In this document: positions 8,250-17,938 of the stretch, in pieces
How positions within the stretch are numbered: the first letter of the stretch is position 1
Layout of the letters: each line of letters starts with the position of its first letter
DNA from: a virus
DNA length: 64,000 nt
Virus record (IMG/VR): IMGVR_UViG_3300027801_001493
Coordinates: 55,028 to 119,027 of that record
Direction: 5' to 3' (one strand)
Notes under the pieces: generated by a model
The model's input: the letters and a program-made list of their open reading frames with translations, nothing else
What the model was told of the DNA's origin: nothing
Database searches by the model: none
Translations under genes and position numbers: made by a program

Positions 8250-10877
8250 GTGGCAAACGAATATAGATTTGGACAAAAAGGTGTTTCAACTGACCTTCAA
8301 TTTGGAAAGAGAGGACCTCGATTAGTAGCAAATGCTACTACATCCGCATTACAAGTAACAGCAACAGATGGAACTACACTCAACAATGTAAGAATTGCTG
8401 ATGGTGTAATAGCCAGTGACGCCGTTACTAAGAGCCAACTAGACGCCAGTGTTGCTAATATTAGCACAAATGCTTATAACATTACACTAGGAACTGGTGG
8501 TGACGGTGATTTTGTCAGCCCAGGTAGTGTAACAACATTAACAAGTTCAACTACAGTATCAGAGTCCATAGATAGATTAAACGAGACTATGGAAAACATA
8601 AGAAACAATACTTATGTTAAAAGTGTAGACGCAACAACTAATGTTAGTTCAGGTGGTAATCCACTTACAGTAACTTTAACAATTAGTACTGTTGGTACTT
8701 CAAATCAATATGATATAGATTGGGGAGATGGAAGTTCAACTACAGCAACTTCAGATAGTACTCCAAGTCATACATATACAGATAATTCAAATTCACCATA
8801 TGATGTCGTAATTGTAGCAAGAAATACAAGCGGTAGTGGTGAAGGTTCTAGTGCTTCAATCACTAAGAGCAACTTTATAACATTGTACACAGCAACTCCT
8901 GTTGCAAACTTTGGTTTATTTACTGCCAGTTCAGGCGGTAGTGCATTAAGTGGTAACAGTAGAGAAATAGATGCTGGTGAGACAATGTACTTAGAAAATA
9001 CAACAACAAATTCAGGTTCAGCAACATGTACATACGAAATTAATTGGGGAGATGGCGGAGCCAATACTTCAGTAAGTTCAGGTGGTACTGGTGATGTTGG
9101 ACAAGCAAGAGCAAGTCATACATACTCAGATGATAGTGGTACGTCAATGTATACTATTACAATGCAACAGACTGCTCATAATACAGCAGACCCAGGTGAG
9201 GTTGGTAGTACAACAAACAATTCATTAAAAGTTTATGACGCTGGAATAAGTGCTCCAAGTGGACTGAGTTCTAAAACAATTTCATTTAGTGAAAGTAGTT
9301 CAGGTTCAAGTCCAAGGGCGGCAGTTGGATTCACAGATAATAGTGCAGAAGATACAGTTGCTAGTGGATCAAGTGTTATAAGAATAACCAATGCAAGTGC
9401 AGGTTCAAATACAGATTCAGATACATTAAGTAGTTTTGCTTATAATGGTGATTCAGGAACATTAACTGCAACAATAGATGCTAGTGCCGATGGTGCTATA
9501 ACATTTACAAATTCAGATGATAGTGGATCAAATGATGGTCTAACAATTACACAAGAAAACGATTACCAATTCTTAAATGCAAGTGGCTCTACTGTATCAT
9601 TTAGTAGTTCAGTATATAGTCCAGGACTATATCAAGGCTTTAAGGCTAAAGTAAGTAAATCAACAACAGGATTAGCAGTAGGTTCACATAGTTATAAACT
9701 AGGACATAGTGCAACTGGCGATACAAACATATTAAGTTTTATAAAAGACGATGTTACAAGCACTCCAACAACTGTTATGGCTAACGTTGTTATTTCAGAA
9801 GCAAGTGCAGGAACATTAAAACATATTTCAGGTGTACCTTACTACACTAACGATGCTACACTAACACTTTCAGGTGTTGAAGTGTACAATTGGATTGGAC
9901 AATGTTACGCAAGTACAAGTACTCCTCTCCAAGTAACAAATGGTACCAACCAAGAATCAACAAGTGGTAGTGCAATAGGTTCACAGTTTTATTCCTATGC
10001 AGACATTGATGGTTCAACAAGTTTCTTAACAGGTGGTGTTCCAGAAGCGAACACTGGTCCTAATAGTAGTAGTGCTTATACACTAGGTTCTTTAACAGTT
10101 AATGTTAATGGCGGTGGAATAGGTATTGAACAACTTAAAGCAAGAATGTTTAGTGTGAATGGCAATGGTAGTTACCAAGAACTAACAGGAAAATACATTA
10201 GTGCATTTAACGGTAGTACAGGAATTGACGAAGAAAGTATTCCAGTAAGTAGTAGTTTAGGTGCTGGCTTTAATGATAACGGAAAAAGAATTACAGGATT
10301 TAGTGGCGTAGCAGATACTCCAGCATTTGATAATACAGTTAATAACTATACAGCAAATGTATGGACAGGTTCACAGACTATAGCAGGTACTCCAGAAGCA
10401 GTAACAAGATGGGGTGACGTAACTCACTTCACAACAGATTTAAGTGGTAGTGCATATCTACCAGCAGGTCCTGATTTAAATACAGGAAGAAGTGGAGCTC
10501 AGTACTTTACTTTTGCATTTAGAAGAACTACAATGGCTAACTTTACAGTAACACTAAGTGGTAAGGTGAGTGGCTTCTTTGTAGCGGCTCCAGGTACAAC
10601 TATAGACAATGCTAGTACATTGAATGGTTGGACAGATGCAAGTATCACATACGGTGGTGCAGGTTGTCCGGGTGCTAACACAGGAGCAGGTGGTAATGGT
10701 TCTAATGGTGTTGCATTTACTTCAGGTGATAGAATTGCAGACGGAACTACATATAATTCAGATAATTTTACATTGACACTTGGTGACCAGAATGGAACAG
10801 GTGCAACAGGAAACAACATCCTGATAAGAATTAAACTAGAGTCCGGTGACGAACTCACAGCATTGAGTATAGCATAA
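8250..10877 (+). CDS. Large S/T/G-rich virion protein with two PKD-like domains (fibre/adhesin)
   Basis: YDIDWGDG and YEINWGDG PKD signatures; TAAATA upstream. Confidence 0.75.
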   Translation: MANEYRFGQKGVSTDLQFGKRGPRLVANATTSALQVTATDGTTLNNVRIADGVIASDAVTKSQLDASVANISTNAYNITLGTGGDGDFVSPGSVTTLTSSTTVSESIDRLNETMENIRNNTYVKSVDATTNVSSGGNPLTVTLTISTVGTSNQYDIDWGDGSSTTATSDSTPSHTYTDNSNSPYDVVIVARNTSGSGEGSSASITKSNFITLYTATPVANFGLFTASSGGSALSGNSREIDAGETMYLENTTTNSGSATCTYEINWGDGGANTSVSSGGTGDVGQARASHTYSDDSGTSMYTITMQQTAHNTADPGEVGSTTNNSLKVYDAGISAPSGLSSKTISFSESSSGSSPRAAVGFTDNSAEDTVASGSSVIRITNASAGSNTDSDTLSSFAYNGDSGTLTATIDASADGAITFTNSDDSGSNDGLTITQENDYQFLNASGSTVSFSSSVYSPGLYQGFKAKVSKSTTGLAVGSHSYKLGHSATGDTNILSFIKDDVTSTPTTVMANVVISEASAGTLKHISGVPYYTNDATLTLSGVEVYNWIGQCYASTSTPLQVTNGTNQESTSGSAIGSQFYSYADIDGSTSFLTGGVPEANTGPNSSSAYTLGSLTVNVNGGGIGIEQLKARMFSVNGNGSYQELTGKYISAFNGSTGIDEESIPVSSSLGAGFNDNGKRITGFSGVADTPAFDNTVNNYTANVWTGSQTIAGTPEAVTRWGDVTHFTTDLSGSAYLPAGPDLNTGRSGAQYFTFAFRRTTMANFTVTLSGKVSGFFVAAPGTTIDNASTLNGWTDASITYGGAGCPGANTGAGGNGSNGVAFTSGDRIADGTTYNSDNFTLTLGDQNGTGATGNNILIRIKLESGDELTALSIA

Positions 10878-11944
10878 TGGCAATATCAGATTCACAAAAA
10901 ATTGATTTACTTTGGAAGAAGATTGGTTTTGGTAAAGCAAAAACTGATACTAACTCAAACAAGAAGGCTCCTAACGAACCTAATGCAAGTAGTTTAATTA
11001 TTAAAGATTCCGATATTTGGAATCAAAGTTCAAGTATTACAGGCATTATTCCTAGTGCTAATTCAAGTATTGCTAATGTCTATTTAGATAGTGTTAGTGG
11101 TGCTTTACAAACAACTGAAGATGGTGCATCTAGTGATAACCGTACATGGAGTACTGGTACCACTAATTGGATTGCTCCTAGTTTTGGTGCAACATATCAG
11201 TTAAAAGTCTATGCCGCGGCAAGTGGTACAGCAAATCCTCAATCAAACGGAACACAGTTATTTGAAACTGGTTCAGGTTCAAGTGATGAATGGTACTTTG
11301 ACTATCAGTCAGGTATACTAAACTTCATTGGTGACAACCTTCCAAGTGCAATAGGCACTTCAAGTGGTAACGTAATTTTTGTAGCTGGTGCAGTATACAC
11401 AGGTAACACTGGTGTTACTAGTACTGGTTCTAGCATGGTTTACAGAACATACGCAAACCTTACAGCCTTGTATGCCGCTAGTGATATTGAAACAGGTGAC
11501 TTTATTAAAGTTACTGATGGCGGAGACGGTGAGTATAGATTATACATAGCCGGACAAGCAGATCCAAGTCAAGCAAGTCATTTAACACTAATTGGAACAG
11601 CCGATAGTGCTGTTACTGATGCTGGTACACTTACAACAACTATTACACATGAAAGTGGTGCTAGTGTTGTTATTGGTAATATTAGTAGCGGTAAGAAAGT
11701 TACAAGTGTTACTGTTAATGTTACAACTGCATTTGATGGTAGTGCACCAACAGTTACAGTTGGTGATGCTAGTGTTAATAACAGACTGCAAGAAGCAGAT
11801 GATAATGACCTAAAAGAAGCATACGCATACGAAAGCACTCCAAACTTTGTTTATAGTAGTGCTACTGATGAAAGTATTTTAGTGTATTTTAATGCTGATA
11901 GTAGTACGACAGGTACTGCTGTAGTTACTGTAACTTATGCTTAA
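10877..11944 (+). CDS. Virion structural protein
   Basis: S/T/G-rich beta protein, TAATG-coupled to previous gene; EWYFDYQSGILNF. Confidence 0.7.
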   Translation: MAISDSQKIDLLWKKIGFGKAKTDTNSNKKAPNEPNASSLIIKDSDIWNQSSSITGIIPSANSSIANVYLDSVSGALQTTEDGASSDNRTWSTGTTNWIAPSFGATYQLKVYAAASGTANPQSNGTQLFETGSGSSDEWYFDYQSGILNFIGDNLPSAIGTSSGNVIFVAGAVYTGNTGVTSTGSSMVYRTYANLTALYAASDIETGDFIKVTDGGDGEYRLYIAGQADPSQASHLTLIGTADSAVTDAGTLTTTITHESGASVVIGNISSGKKVTSVTVNVTTAFDGSAPTVTVGDASVNNRLQEADDNDLKEAYAYESTPNFVYSSATDESILVYFNADSSTTGTAVVTVTYA

Positions 11945-12114
11945 TCGTTAGCTGAACGTCCGCTTTCTAAACCAACACCCATAAGTAATAACATAATACT
12001 AGCAAGTATCCACCATGGATTTAATGCATTAAATACTACGCCTGCTAGTATAATACATCCTGCTAAACCTAATGTGGATAATCCTGTTCTATTGTTTGAT
12101 TCTGGAAATTTCAT
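11941..12114 (-). CDS. 57-aa membrane protein
   Basis: Manual translation MKFPESNNRTGLSTLGLAGCIILAGVVFNALNPWWILASIMLLLMGVGLESGRSAND. Confidence 0.65.
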   Translation of the reverse strand: MKFPESNNRTGLSTLGLAGCIILAGVVFNALNPWWILASIMLLLMGVGLESGRSAND

Positions 12115-12115
12115 A

Positions 12116-12490
12116 TTAACCTTTAATTGAGCCGTCCCATTTAGCCATTCTAACTAAGTCGCCGACATTTGTTGCATTTGCAGTTGGATTGTCATCTGAT
12201 ATAAGCATACATGCTTCTGGATCTACTTTCCAAATTTTTGCGCCTTCTTCTAGTCTATCATCTTTAACAGTAAATCCTTCAGTCCATCTACCATATTCTA
12301 CATATAGCCATTGTCCTGGTGTTACCCAATCAATGTCTGGGCCTACGTCAAATGCTTTGAACCATCTAGGTGCAATACCTTCATCTGATCCAATTGTTGA
12401 TTTGATAATAATGCCTGAAGCAGTCTCTTTGTCTCCAAAGTCTCCTTCAACGCATAGTATGTTATCCTTGTATGCTCTAAGAGTTGTCAT
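12116..12490 (-). CDS. GroES-like co-chaperonin
   Basis: LRAYKDNILC, mobile-loop-like KETASGIII, VGPD..WV.PGQWLYV. Confidence 0.7.
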   Translation of the reverse strand: MTTLRAYKDNILCVEGDFGDKETASGIIIKSTIGSDEGIAPRWFKAFDVGPDIDWVTPGQWLYVEYGRWTEGFTVKDDRLEEGAKIWKVDPEACMLISDDNPTANATNVGDLVRMAKWDGSIKG

Positions 12491-12917
12491 CCCAATCATC
12501 CTCATATACTGGTACCATTTCAATATCACCGTTAGGTAATTCTACTTCTTTGTAACTAACAGGTTGTCTAGTTTCTGCCATTACTGGAGCATCTTCAACA
12601 GCATTCATGACACTTTGGTCTTGTTCTGTTCGTTGTGCTTCAGCAGTTTTTAGTTCAGGTTGTGCATTAGTATCTGGTTGGATTGGTTGGTCAGGCGCAG
12701 GGCCTTTTAGAGTTGTTTGTGCAGTACTGCTCAATGGGTTATCTTGATAGTATGCTCTTACTCTATCTTCTGCTTTCTGTACTATCTCGCCATTCTTTCC
12801 TAGCACATCACCGTTAGCATTCACACCCATATTACCTACAGCAGGTTCATCGCCTTGGGCGGCGATAAGTGCCTCCATATCTACGATAACACCTCTGTTT
12901 GATTTCTTTTCTGTCAT
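12477..12917 (-). CDS. Hypothetical protein
   Basis: 146-aa ORF; AVGNMGVNANGDVLG N-terminal segment. Confidence 0.7.
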   Translation of the reverse strand: MTEKKSNRGVIVDMEALIAAQGDEPAVGNMGVNANGDVLGKNGEIVQKAEDRVRAYYQDNPLSSTAQTTLKGPAPDQPIQPDTNAQPELKTAEAQRTEQDQSVMNAVEDAPVMAETRQPVSYKEVELPNGDIEMVPVYEDDWDDNS

Positions 12918-12925
12918 GTTTTCCT

Positions 12926-13435
12926 CTACTTTAAAAACTCTTTAATGTCTAAGTTATATGTTAGACTATTTATTTTATGTACATCTAAAACGTACAATAC
13001 ATAACTAGCAACACTACTGCCTCTGCCTACACCCCAAACTAAGGAATGCTTTCGCATAGTGTCCACTATGTATATTAGTATTTGTAATACAGGAAATAAC
13101 TTCCTTTCCTCAAACATAGCTAGTTCCATTTCTACTCTTGCTTTTGCGTTGACAGATATATCTGAATCTCTGCATTTGCTTTCAACTAACTTACTAACAT
13201 ACTCCCTTACATCTAACTCTTTGTAGTGCTCTGGAATGTTATATGTATTTATACGGTCGAAGTCCTCACCACCTATAATTTTTAGTAAATTTAAGTCCAT
13301 TTCATGAGCAAACTCTTGAAACTTAGCAATATCTTCGTTTAACGTATATTCAGCATTAGATAATTCTTTACCATGATAAAGCATTTCTACGCCAGTATTT
13401 TCATCACTAATGTATCTATTGTTTTTATCTAACAT
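12926..13435 (-). CDS. DnaE (Pol III alpha)-like fragment
   Basis: WGVGRGSSVASYVLYVLDVHKINSL matches DnaE GPGRGSAAGSLVAY.LGIT; ends before the PDIDID motif. Confidence 0.7.
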   Translation of the reverse strand: MLDKNNRYISDENTGVEMLYHGKELSNAEYTLNEDIAKFQEFAHEMDLNLLKIIGGEDFDRINTYNIPEHYKELDVREYVSKLVESKCRDSDISVNAKARVEMELAMFEERKLFPVLQILIYIVDTMRKHSLVWGVGRGSSVASYVLYVLDVHKINSLTYNLDIKEFLK

Positions 13436-13441
13436 CTTCGT

Positions 13442-13470
13442 ATTGTACTGCCTTTGTGAGGTGAAGTCAA
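13442..13470 (-). promoter_or_regulatory. sigma70-type promoter
   Basis: TTGACT-N17-TACAAT. Confidence 0.7.
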
Positions 13471-13475
13471 CCTTT

Positions 13476-14222
13476 TTATACTAACTTTGGTTTCCACTTC
13501 TTTTGTTTGGTTTTAAAGTCTACTTCTACGACTTCGCCTTCTGGAATAAAGCCTGCTTGACTCATTTGGCTTCTTACTTCTTGTTCAATCATGTTAAAGT
13601 CTGCATCTAATACATCCTTTTGTTCTGCAAGATTTTTTCTAATAAGTATTAGTTCTTGTTCATCTAATGCATAGTTATCGTATGTGCTGATGTCATCACG
13701 TTCCCACCATACAGTATCGTATATGCTTAAATCACCCATAAACTCTGATTGGTAAGGAAGGAATTCTGGTACTTCGCCTTCTTCATCTTCGTAGTCATAC
13801 GTTATACCTGTCTCTAGGTCTACTACTCCAATATTGGAAACTGTTATATGGTTCTTACATATAGCATTAAACTTGGCAAATAAACAATTAGTTAAGTATG
13901 TTATATTAACTTCTGGAGTTATCACAAATACATTGTCTGTAGAAGCAAAATGATTTTCTATTGTTCTTAGTGCAAACTTGTCATACCATAAACTGTCATG
14001 TAAATAGTATTTAATAAAATGCTGAATACGTTGATAACTGATGTTCTGTTCTACACTTAAATCGTTGACGTCTTCAACAGTATCATCAAACGTTGCATAC
14101 ATACCAAACTTAATAATGTATCTGTTCGACTTAATTGCATCTATTTCTAACCCATCATCTCTTCCAAATACAGAGATAATATTTACTTCACATTCGGACT
14201 TTAGTTTAACTTTCTTCGCCAT
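13476..14222 (-). CDS. Hypothetical protein
   Basis: 248-aa acidic ORF. Confidence 0.7.
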   Translation of the reverse strand: MAKKVKLKSECEVNIISVFGRDDGLEIDAIKSNRYIIKFGMYATFDDTVEDVNDLSVEQNISYQRIQHFIKYYLHDSLWYDKFALRTIENHFASTDNVFVITPEVNITYLTNCLFAKFNAICKNHITVSNIGVVDLETGITYDYEDEEGEVPEFLPYQSEFMGDLSIYDTVWWERDDISTYDNYALDEQELILIRKNLAEQKDVLDADFNMIEQEVRSQMSQAGFIPEGEVVEVDFKTKQKKWKPKLV

Positions 14223-14538
14223 TTGTCTTTTTTTCCTTATAAGTATCGACTACTGCTTTAACAAATAACTCCGTGTCATCCATATAGTCTGGTGTATATG
14301 TTTCGGATTCTATTGCACCGATGTCTATTACTTGTGCTGGGTTTTTAATGTTTTCTTTATGCTGAGCAATGTACATACGTTCTTGGTATTCCATTGTGCA
14401 TTGTTCTCGTAAATCCAATATGTAGTTATACAATGGAGTTGAACTGTCCATTTTGTATAATTGCTTTGTGTATTTTTGATTTTCTTTTAACAAATCATCT
14501 GTTGTCATTAAAGTAAAATCTTTGAATGGGTTACTCAT
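14206..14538 (-). CDS. Hypothetical protein
   Basis: 110-aa ORF in operon. Confidence 0.65.
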   Translation of the reverse strand: MSNPFKDFTLMTTDDLLKENQKYTKQLYKMDSSTPLYNYILDLREQCTMEYQERMYIAQHKENIKNPAQVIDIGAIESETYTPDYMDDTELFVKAVVDTYKEKKTNGEES

Positions 14539-14888
14539 ATAGATAATCTAAATAGAAATGCAAACTGCTCATCTTTAAAACGTACTACGTTTCCTTTTAT
14601 TTGATAATCAAGCATTTCTTCTAGTCCGTGTTTGTCTGTAAAATTCTTTGTAAGTGTTTTAGTATCTATATATTCTAGTTCTAACTTATATCGTTGAATG
14701 CCTTTGTGTAACTTTGCTGGACGTACTACTTGGTTTGGTTTCCATTCGTCCCAAAGGTTACCAAAGTGTTCTGCTCTAGTTTGTAAATCAACCTTAGTTG
14801 TACCAAATACTCTTTCTAATTGATGTTCATTAAGTAAACTGTTCACTTTATATAATTCATCTGCGTTATACAATACTGTTAAGTTCAT
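14535..14888 (-). CDS. Hypothetical protein
   Basis: Start revised to MNLTVLY to reduce overlap. Confidence 0.6.
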   Translation of the reverse strand: MNLTVLYNADELYKVNSLLNEHQLERVFGTTKVDLQTRAEHFGNLWDEWKPNQVVRPAKLHKGIQRYKLELEYIDTKTLTKNFTDKHGLEEMLDYQIKGNVVRFKDEQFAFLFRLSI

Positions 14889-15738
14889 GATTTTCCAACT
14901 CGTTATAATAAAAAATAGAATCTTCATTAAGCCCATTATGGTTATGTCTTTGGCTAATAATTAATTCTAAGTTAGGCAATGCTTCTGGAAAGTTCTTCTC
15001 TAACACATAACTTTTATCTTTGCCTGCTATGTTAAACTCCCAACCTCTTGTAACATGCTTAGGTGGTAAGTTCGTATTCTTTTTGTAAATGTCTGCAATA
15101 ATTTTCTTTTGTTCTTTACTAATCTTAGGACTGCTGAAACCTTTTGCTGTTAATAATGCAGTTAAATCTACTATGTCATCTGTTTTAAATACTAATGTAT
15201 TAATTTTAACTGGATCCTTGTTTACATTCCACATGATATTAAATCTATTATTATCACATACTGAAGTAATATAGTTAGGACTCTTTCTTACAACTCTAAA
15301 TTTTAGTCCTTCATTAATGCTGTTTACTGTATTAATATTACTACAGTTAAATACTATTCCAGCAAAGTAATCTAATGGAGATTCGACACCAGCAACACCT
15401 ACTGTAGTAAAATGTTTATCGTAAGTAGACTTAAATTGTTCTACAGGGTATGTGTATATATTTACACCTTGTATTTTAGCAACATTAAGTCCTGTTGTAT
15501 CACAATGTAAACTGCCATCTAGCGAGTTTGTTGCGTTAAAACCTATGCCACTTAAACCCGTTGGTATATCCAAGGAGTTAAGTAGTATGACACATTGATT
15601 AACTGCCCACATACTAGCCTTTCCATTTTTGCTCACACTTATTTGGTTAAACCCTAAGCCAGTTAATTGAATGGTTGTGTCTTCTACGTTATGAGTACTT
15701 GGGTTAACATTGTACTCTATAAAATTAAGCTCTGCCAT
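14866..15738 (-). CDS. HPPD-like / VOC-fold protein lacking metal ligands
   Basis: FIEY...LGF...ILLN...GLSGIGF; INTLVFKTDDIVDL resembles IQHVAFLTDDLV; C-terminal LELIISQR. Confidence 0.55.
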   Translation of the reverse strand: MAELNFIEYNVNPSTHNVEDTTIQLTGLGFNQISVSKNGKASMWAVNQCVILLNSLDIPTGLSGIGFNATNSLDGSLHCDTTGLNVAKIQGVNIYTYPVEQFKSTYDKHFTTVGVAGVESPLDYFAGIVFNCSNINTVNSINEGLKFRVVRKSPNYITSVCDNNRFNIMWNVNKDPVKINTLVFKTDDIVDLTALLTAKGFSSPKISKEQKKIIADIYKKNTNLPPKHVTRGWEFNIAGKDKSYVLEKNFPEALPNLELIISQRHNHNGLNEDSIFYYNELENHELNSIV

Positions 15739-15743
15739 TCGCT

Positions 15744-15938
15744 CTAACTGTCTCCTTCTGCTGTGTCGCATTGCTGACAGCATTCTGGTGTACCACACTT
15801 ATCGTGAACTACTTCTTCTGAAAGATCCTCACCGTAACGTCCACGTTCTCTATTGCCGTCTCCGTTTAATTCGGTTGCATCTTGTTGTATTGCCTTAAAA
15901 TCTTTTTTAAGTGTTACTCTCTTTGGCTCCATCTTCAT
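15744..15938 (-). CDS. Small Cys-cluster protein
   Basis: [13 protein letters not shown] motif. Confidence 0.6.
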   Translation of the reverse strand: MKMEPKRVTLKKDFKAIQQDATELNGDGNRERGRYGEDLSEEVVHDKCGTPECCQQCDTAEGDS

Positions 15939-16524
15939 CCCTTGTGTTAATTATTTCGTCTGCAAGACCCCAGTCCAGAGCCTCTTGTGCAGTAAGGAAA
16001 TTATCCCTATCCATCCCTATCTCAAATTCTTCGTATGTTTTTCCTTTACTGTTATGCTGTACATATATCTCAGTAAGTTCTTTTTTCATACGTTCAATCT
16101 CATGATACTGAATTGCAATATCCGATGCCATTCCTCTAGCACCACCACTTGGTTGATGTATCATTGTTCTAGCTCTAGGCAGTAAATACCTTTTGCCTGC
16201 CGCACCTGCTTGGGATAGTAAACTTCCCATTGATGCCGCTTGTCCCATTACAATAGTTGAAACGTCTGGTTTAATGTATTGCATTGTGTCGTACATTGCC
16301 ATACCTGATGTTACAACTCCTCCTGGACTATTAATATAAAAATTAATGTCTGCATTTGGATCTTCTGCTTCTAAGAAAAGTAACTGAGCACAAATACTAT
16401 TTGATACTTGGTCGTTTACTTCACCGTTTAGAAACACAATACGTTCCTTTAAAAGTCTGCTGTAGATATCGTAACTACGTTCTCCAGCACTTGTTTTTTC
16501 TATTACATATGGTACAAAATTCAT
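15907..16524 (-). CDS. clpP: ATP-dependent Clp protease proteolytic subunit
   Basis: [26 protein letters not shown] (Ser), MIHQP (His), DRD (Asp). Confidence 0.97.
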   Translation of the reverse strand: MNFVPYVIEKTSAGERSYDIYSRLLKERIVFLNGEVNDQVSNSICAQLLFLEAEDPNADINFYINSPGGVVTSGMAMYDTMQYIKPDVSTIVMGQAASMGSLLSQAGAAGKRYLLPRARTMIHQPSGGARGMASDIAIQYHEIERMKKELTEIYVQHNSKGKTYEEFEIGMDRDNFLTAQEALDWGLADEIINTRDEDGAKESNT

Positions 16525-16548
16525 GTTATCCTCTTATTAGTATTTATA

Positions 16549-16896
16549 TTAAACAGATAGCTCTTTAAGTCTAGTTATGAAACTATCTACACCTTTTAAA
16601 CGTTGATATGATACTTTAGCAACGGTTAAAAATTCATAGTTGTCCATGCTAATATTACGGACGTCTTCTATAGTATGTAGTTGTGACGTTATAGCTGTTA
16701 AAAGACCTTTAACAAAGGAACTGTCACTATCAAACACTACGGTATCTTCTTTTAATATTACCCACACACGACTTTGGCAACCATGCACAAGATTATCTTC
16801 ATGCTGTATTGCTTTATTGTTATCTGTCTCTGATAGCTCTATAATTGCTTCATAGAAGTCCATCGGTTCCAGTTCATTTAAATAGGTTATATCCAT
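16549..16896 (-). CDS. sufE: SufE-family sulfur acceptor
   Basis: VHGCQSRVW, FDSDSSFVKGL. Confidence 0.88.
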   Translation of the reverse strand: MDITYLNELEPMDFYEAIIELSETDNNKAIQHEDNLVHGCQSRVWVILKEDTVVFDSDSSFVKGLLTAITSQLHTIEDVRNISMDNYEFLTVAKVSYQRLKGVDSFITRLKELSV

Positions 16897-16903
16897 AGTG
16901 CTT

Positions 16904-16932
16904 ATTATATACTCGACTTATTGTAAAGTCAA
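16904..16932 (-). promoter_or_regulatory. sigma70-type promoter for sufE-clpP
   Basis: TTGACT-N17-TATAAT. Confidence 0.75.
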
Positions 16933-16941
16933 TAGTATTTA

Positions 16942-17325
16942 CTATCTATGGTCTTTGTAAGGATCACCTTTTGGCGCCTTTGGCACCGAAGTGGTAGACT
17001 TCTTTTTCTTCTTTTTCTTCTTCTTTTTGACTGGGCTTGAACCCCATAGGCTGTAAGAGCCTCTTCCTACTGAAGGTGTGGGATTAGAGGGAGCATCGGA
17101 AGAACTTCCGTCGCCTGCAGACCCTCCTCCTCCACTTGAATCTCCGTGGGAACCATTACCTGAACCGTTGCCAGGACCTGCTCCTCCACCTGAACCAGCA
17201 CCTGCACCAGATCCAGCACCGCCGCCGGCTCCACCGCCGCCGCCAGCACCACCGCCTCCACCGCCTCCGGCTTCAGCATCTAATCTTTTGCGTTTAACTG
17301 CTTCTAAAATTTCTGCAAATTTCAT
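16942..17325 (-). CDS. Gly-rich, poly-Lys low-complexity protein
   Basis: MKFAEILE, about 55-aa G/S/A tract, K10 run. Confidence 0.65.
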   Translation of the reverse strand: MKFAEILEAVKRKRLDAEAGGGGGGGAGGGGGAGGGAGSGAGAGSGGGAGPGNGSGNGSHGDSSGGGGSAGDGSSSDAPSNPTPSVGRGSYSLWGSSPVKKKKKKKKKKSTTSVPKAPKGDPYKDHR

Positions 17326-17335
17326 TTAACTTACT

Positions 17336-17752
17336 TTAAACAACGTATCCGCTGTCTGAAAGTAATGTTACTATTTCGTCTGCATCAGTAATTTTAGCGA
17401 GGTTGTCGCTATCACCGTTGTCAGTTTTAAAATAGTCACCTGTAGCATCTTCTGTAAACCACGTTCTGTAGTCTGCACCACTAACTGAATCATCAAAATG
17501 AATTGGAGTGTAACCTGTAAAGTCTCCACCACCTTCTCCACCTGCTGTTTCGCTACCAATTGCAGTAAGTTCTGCAACCTTGGCATCTAGTAAAGTATCT
17601 GCCGCACCTTTGTCTGAATCGTTTGTAATAAACCATGCACTTGGATCGCCATCTGCATTAGTTCCTTGTTCAAAGTATCCAGCATAAGTACCTGCTTCTG
17701 CTATAAGCTCTAAATGAGCTCTTAATTTTTGTTCTTCAACATAACTTGCCAT
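17336..17752 (-). CDS. Acidic hypothetical protein
   Basis: Start MASYVEEQ TAATG-coupled to upstream ORF. Confidence 0.65.
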   Translation of the reverse strand: MASYVEEQKLRAHLELIAEAGTYAGYFEQGTNADGDPSAWFITNDSDKGAADTLLDAKVAELTAIGSETAGGEGGGDFTGYTPIHFDDSVSGADYRTWFTEDATGDYFKTDNGDSDNLAKITDADEIVTLLSDSGYVV

Positions 17753-17913
17753 TATTTGTCCTCTTCTGTATACATTGTCCACGCACCATATATAATCATG
17801 CCGTAGGCAATTAAATTAACAGGTGCTAATATCATCACGATACCACCACCAATAAGTAAAGCGCCATCAAGTGATGTTCTTTCTTTTAATCTTGCTTTGA
17901 TAAAATCTATCAT
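17752..17913 (-). CDS. 53-aa membrane protein
   Basis: Manual translation MIDFIKARLKERTSLDGALLIGGGIVMILAPVNLIAYGMIIYGAWTMYTEEDK; AGGAG SD. Confidence 0.7.
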   Translation of the reverse strand: MIDFIKARLKERTSLDGALLIGGGIVMILAPVNLIAYGMIIYGAWTMYTEEDK

Positions 17914-17938
17914 GTAAATCTCCTGTTATATAACAGTA

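Noticed and set aside
17060-17280. GC-rich tract as foreign DNA or a repeat element
   Set aside because: Fully explained by Gly/Ala/Ser codons of the low-complexity ORF; alternative-frame ORFs are by-products.
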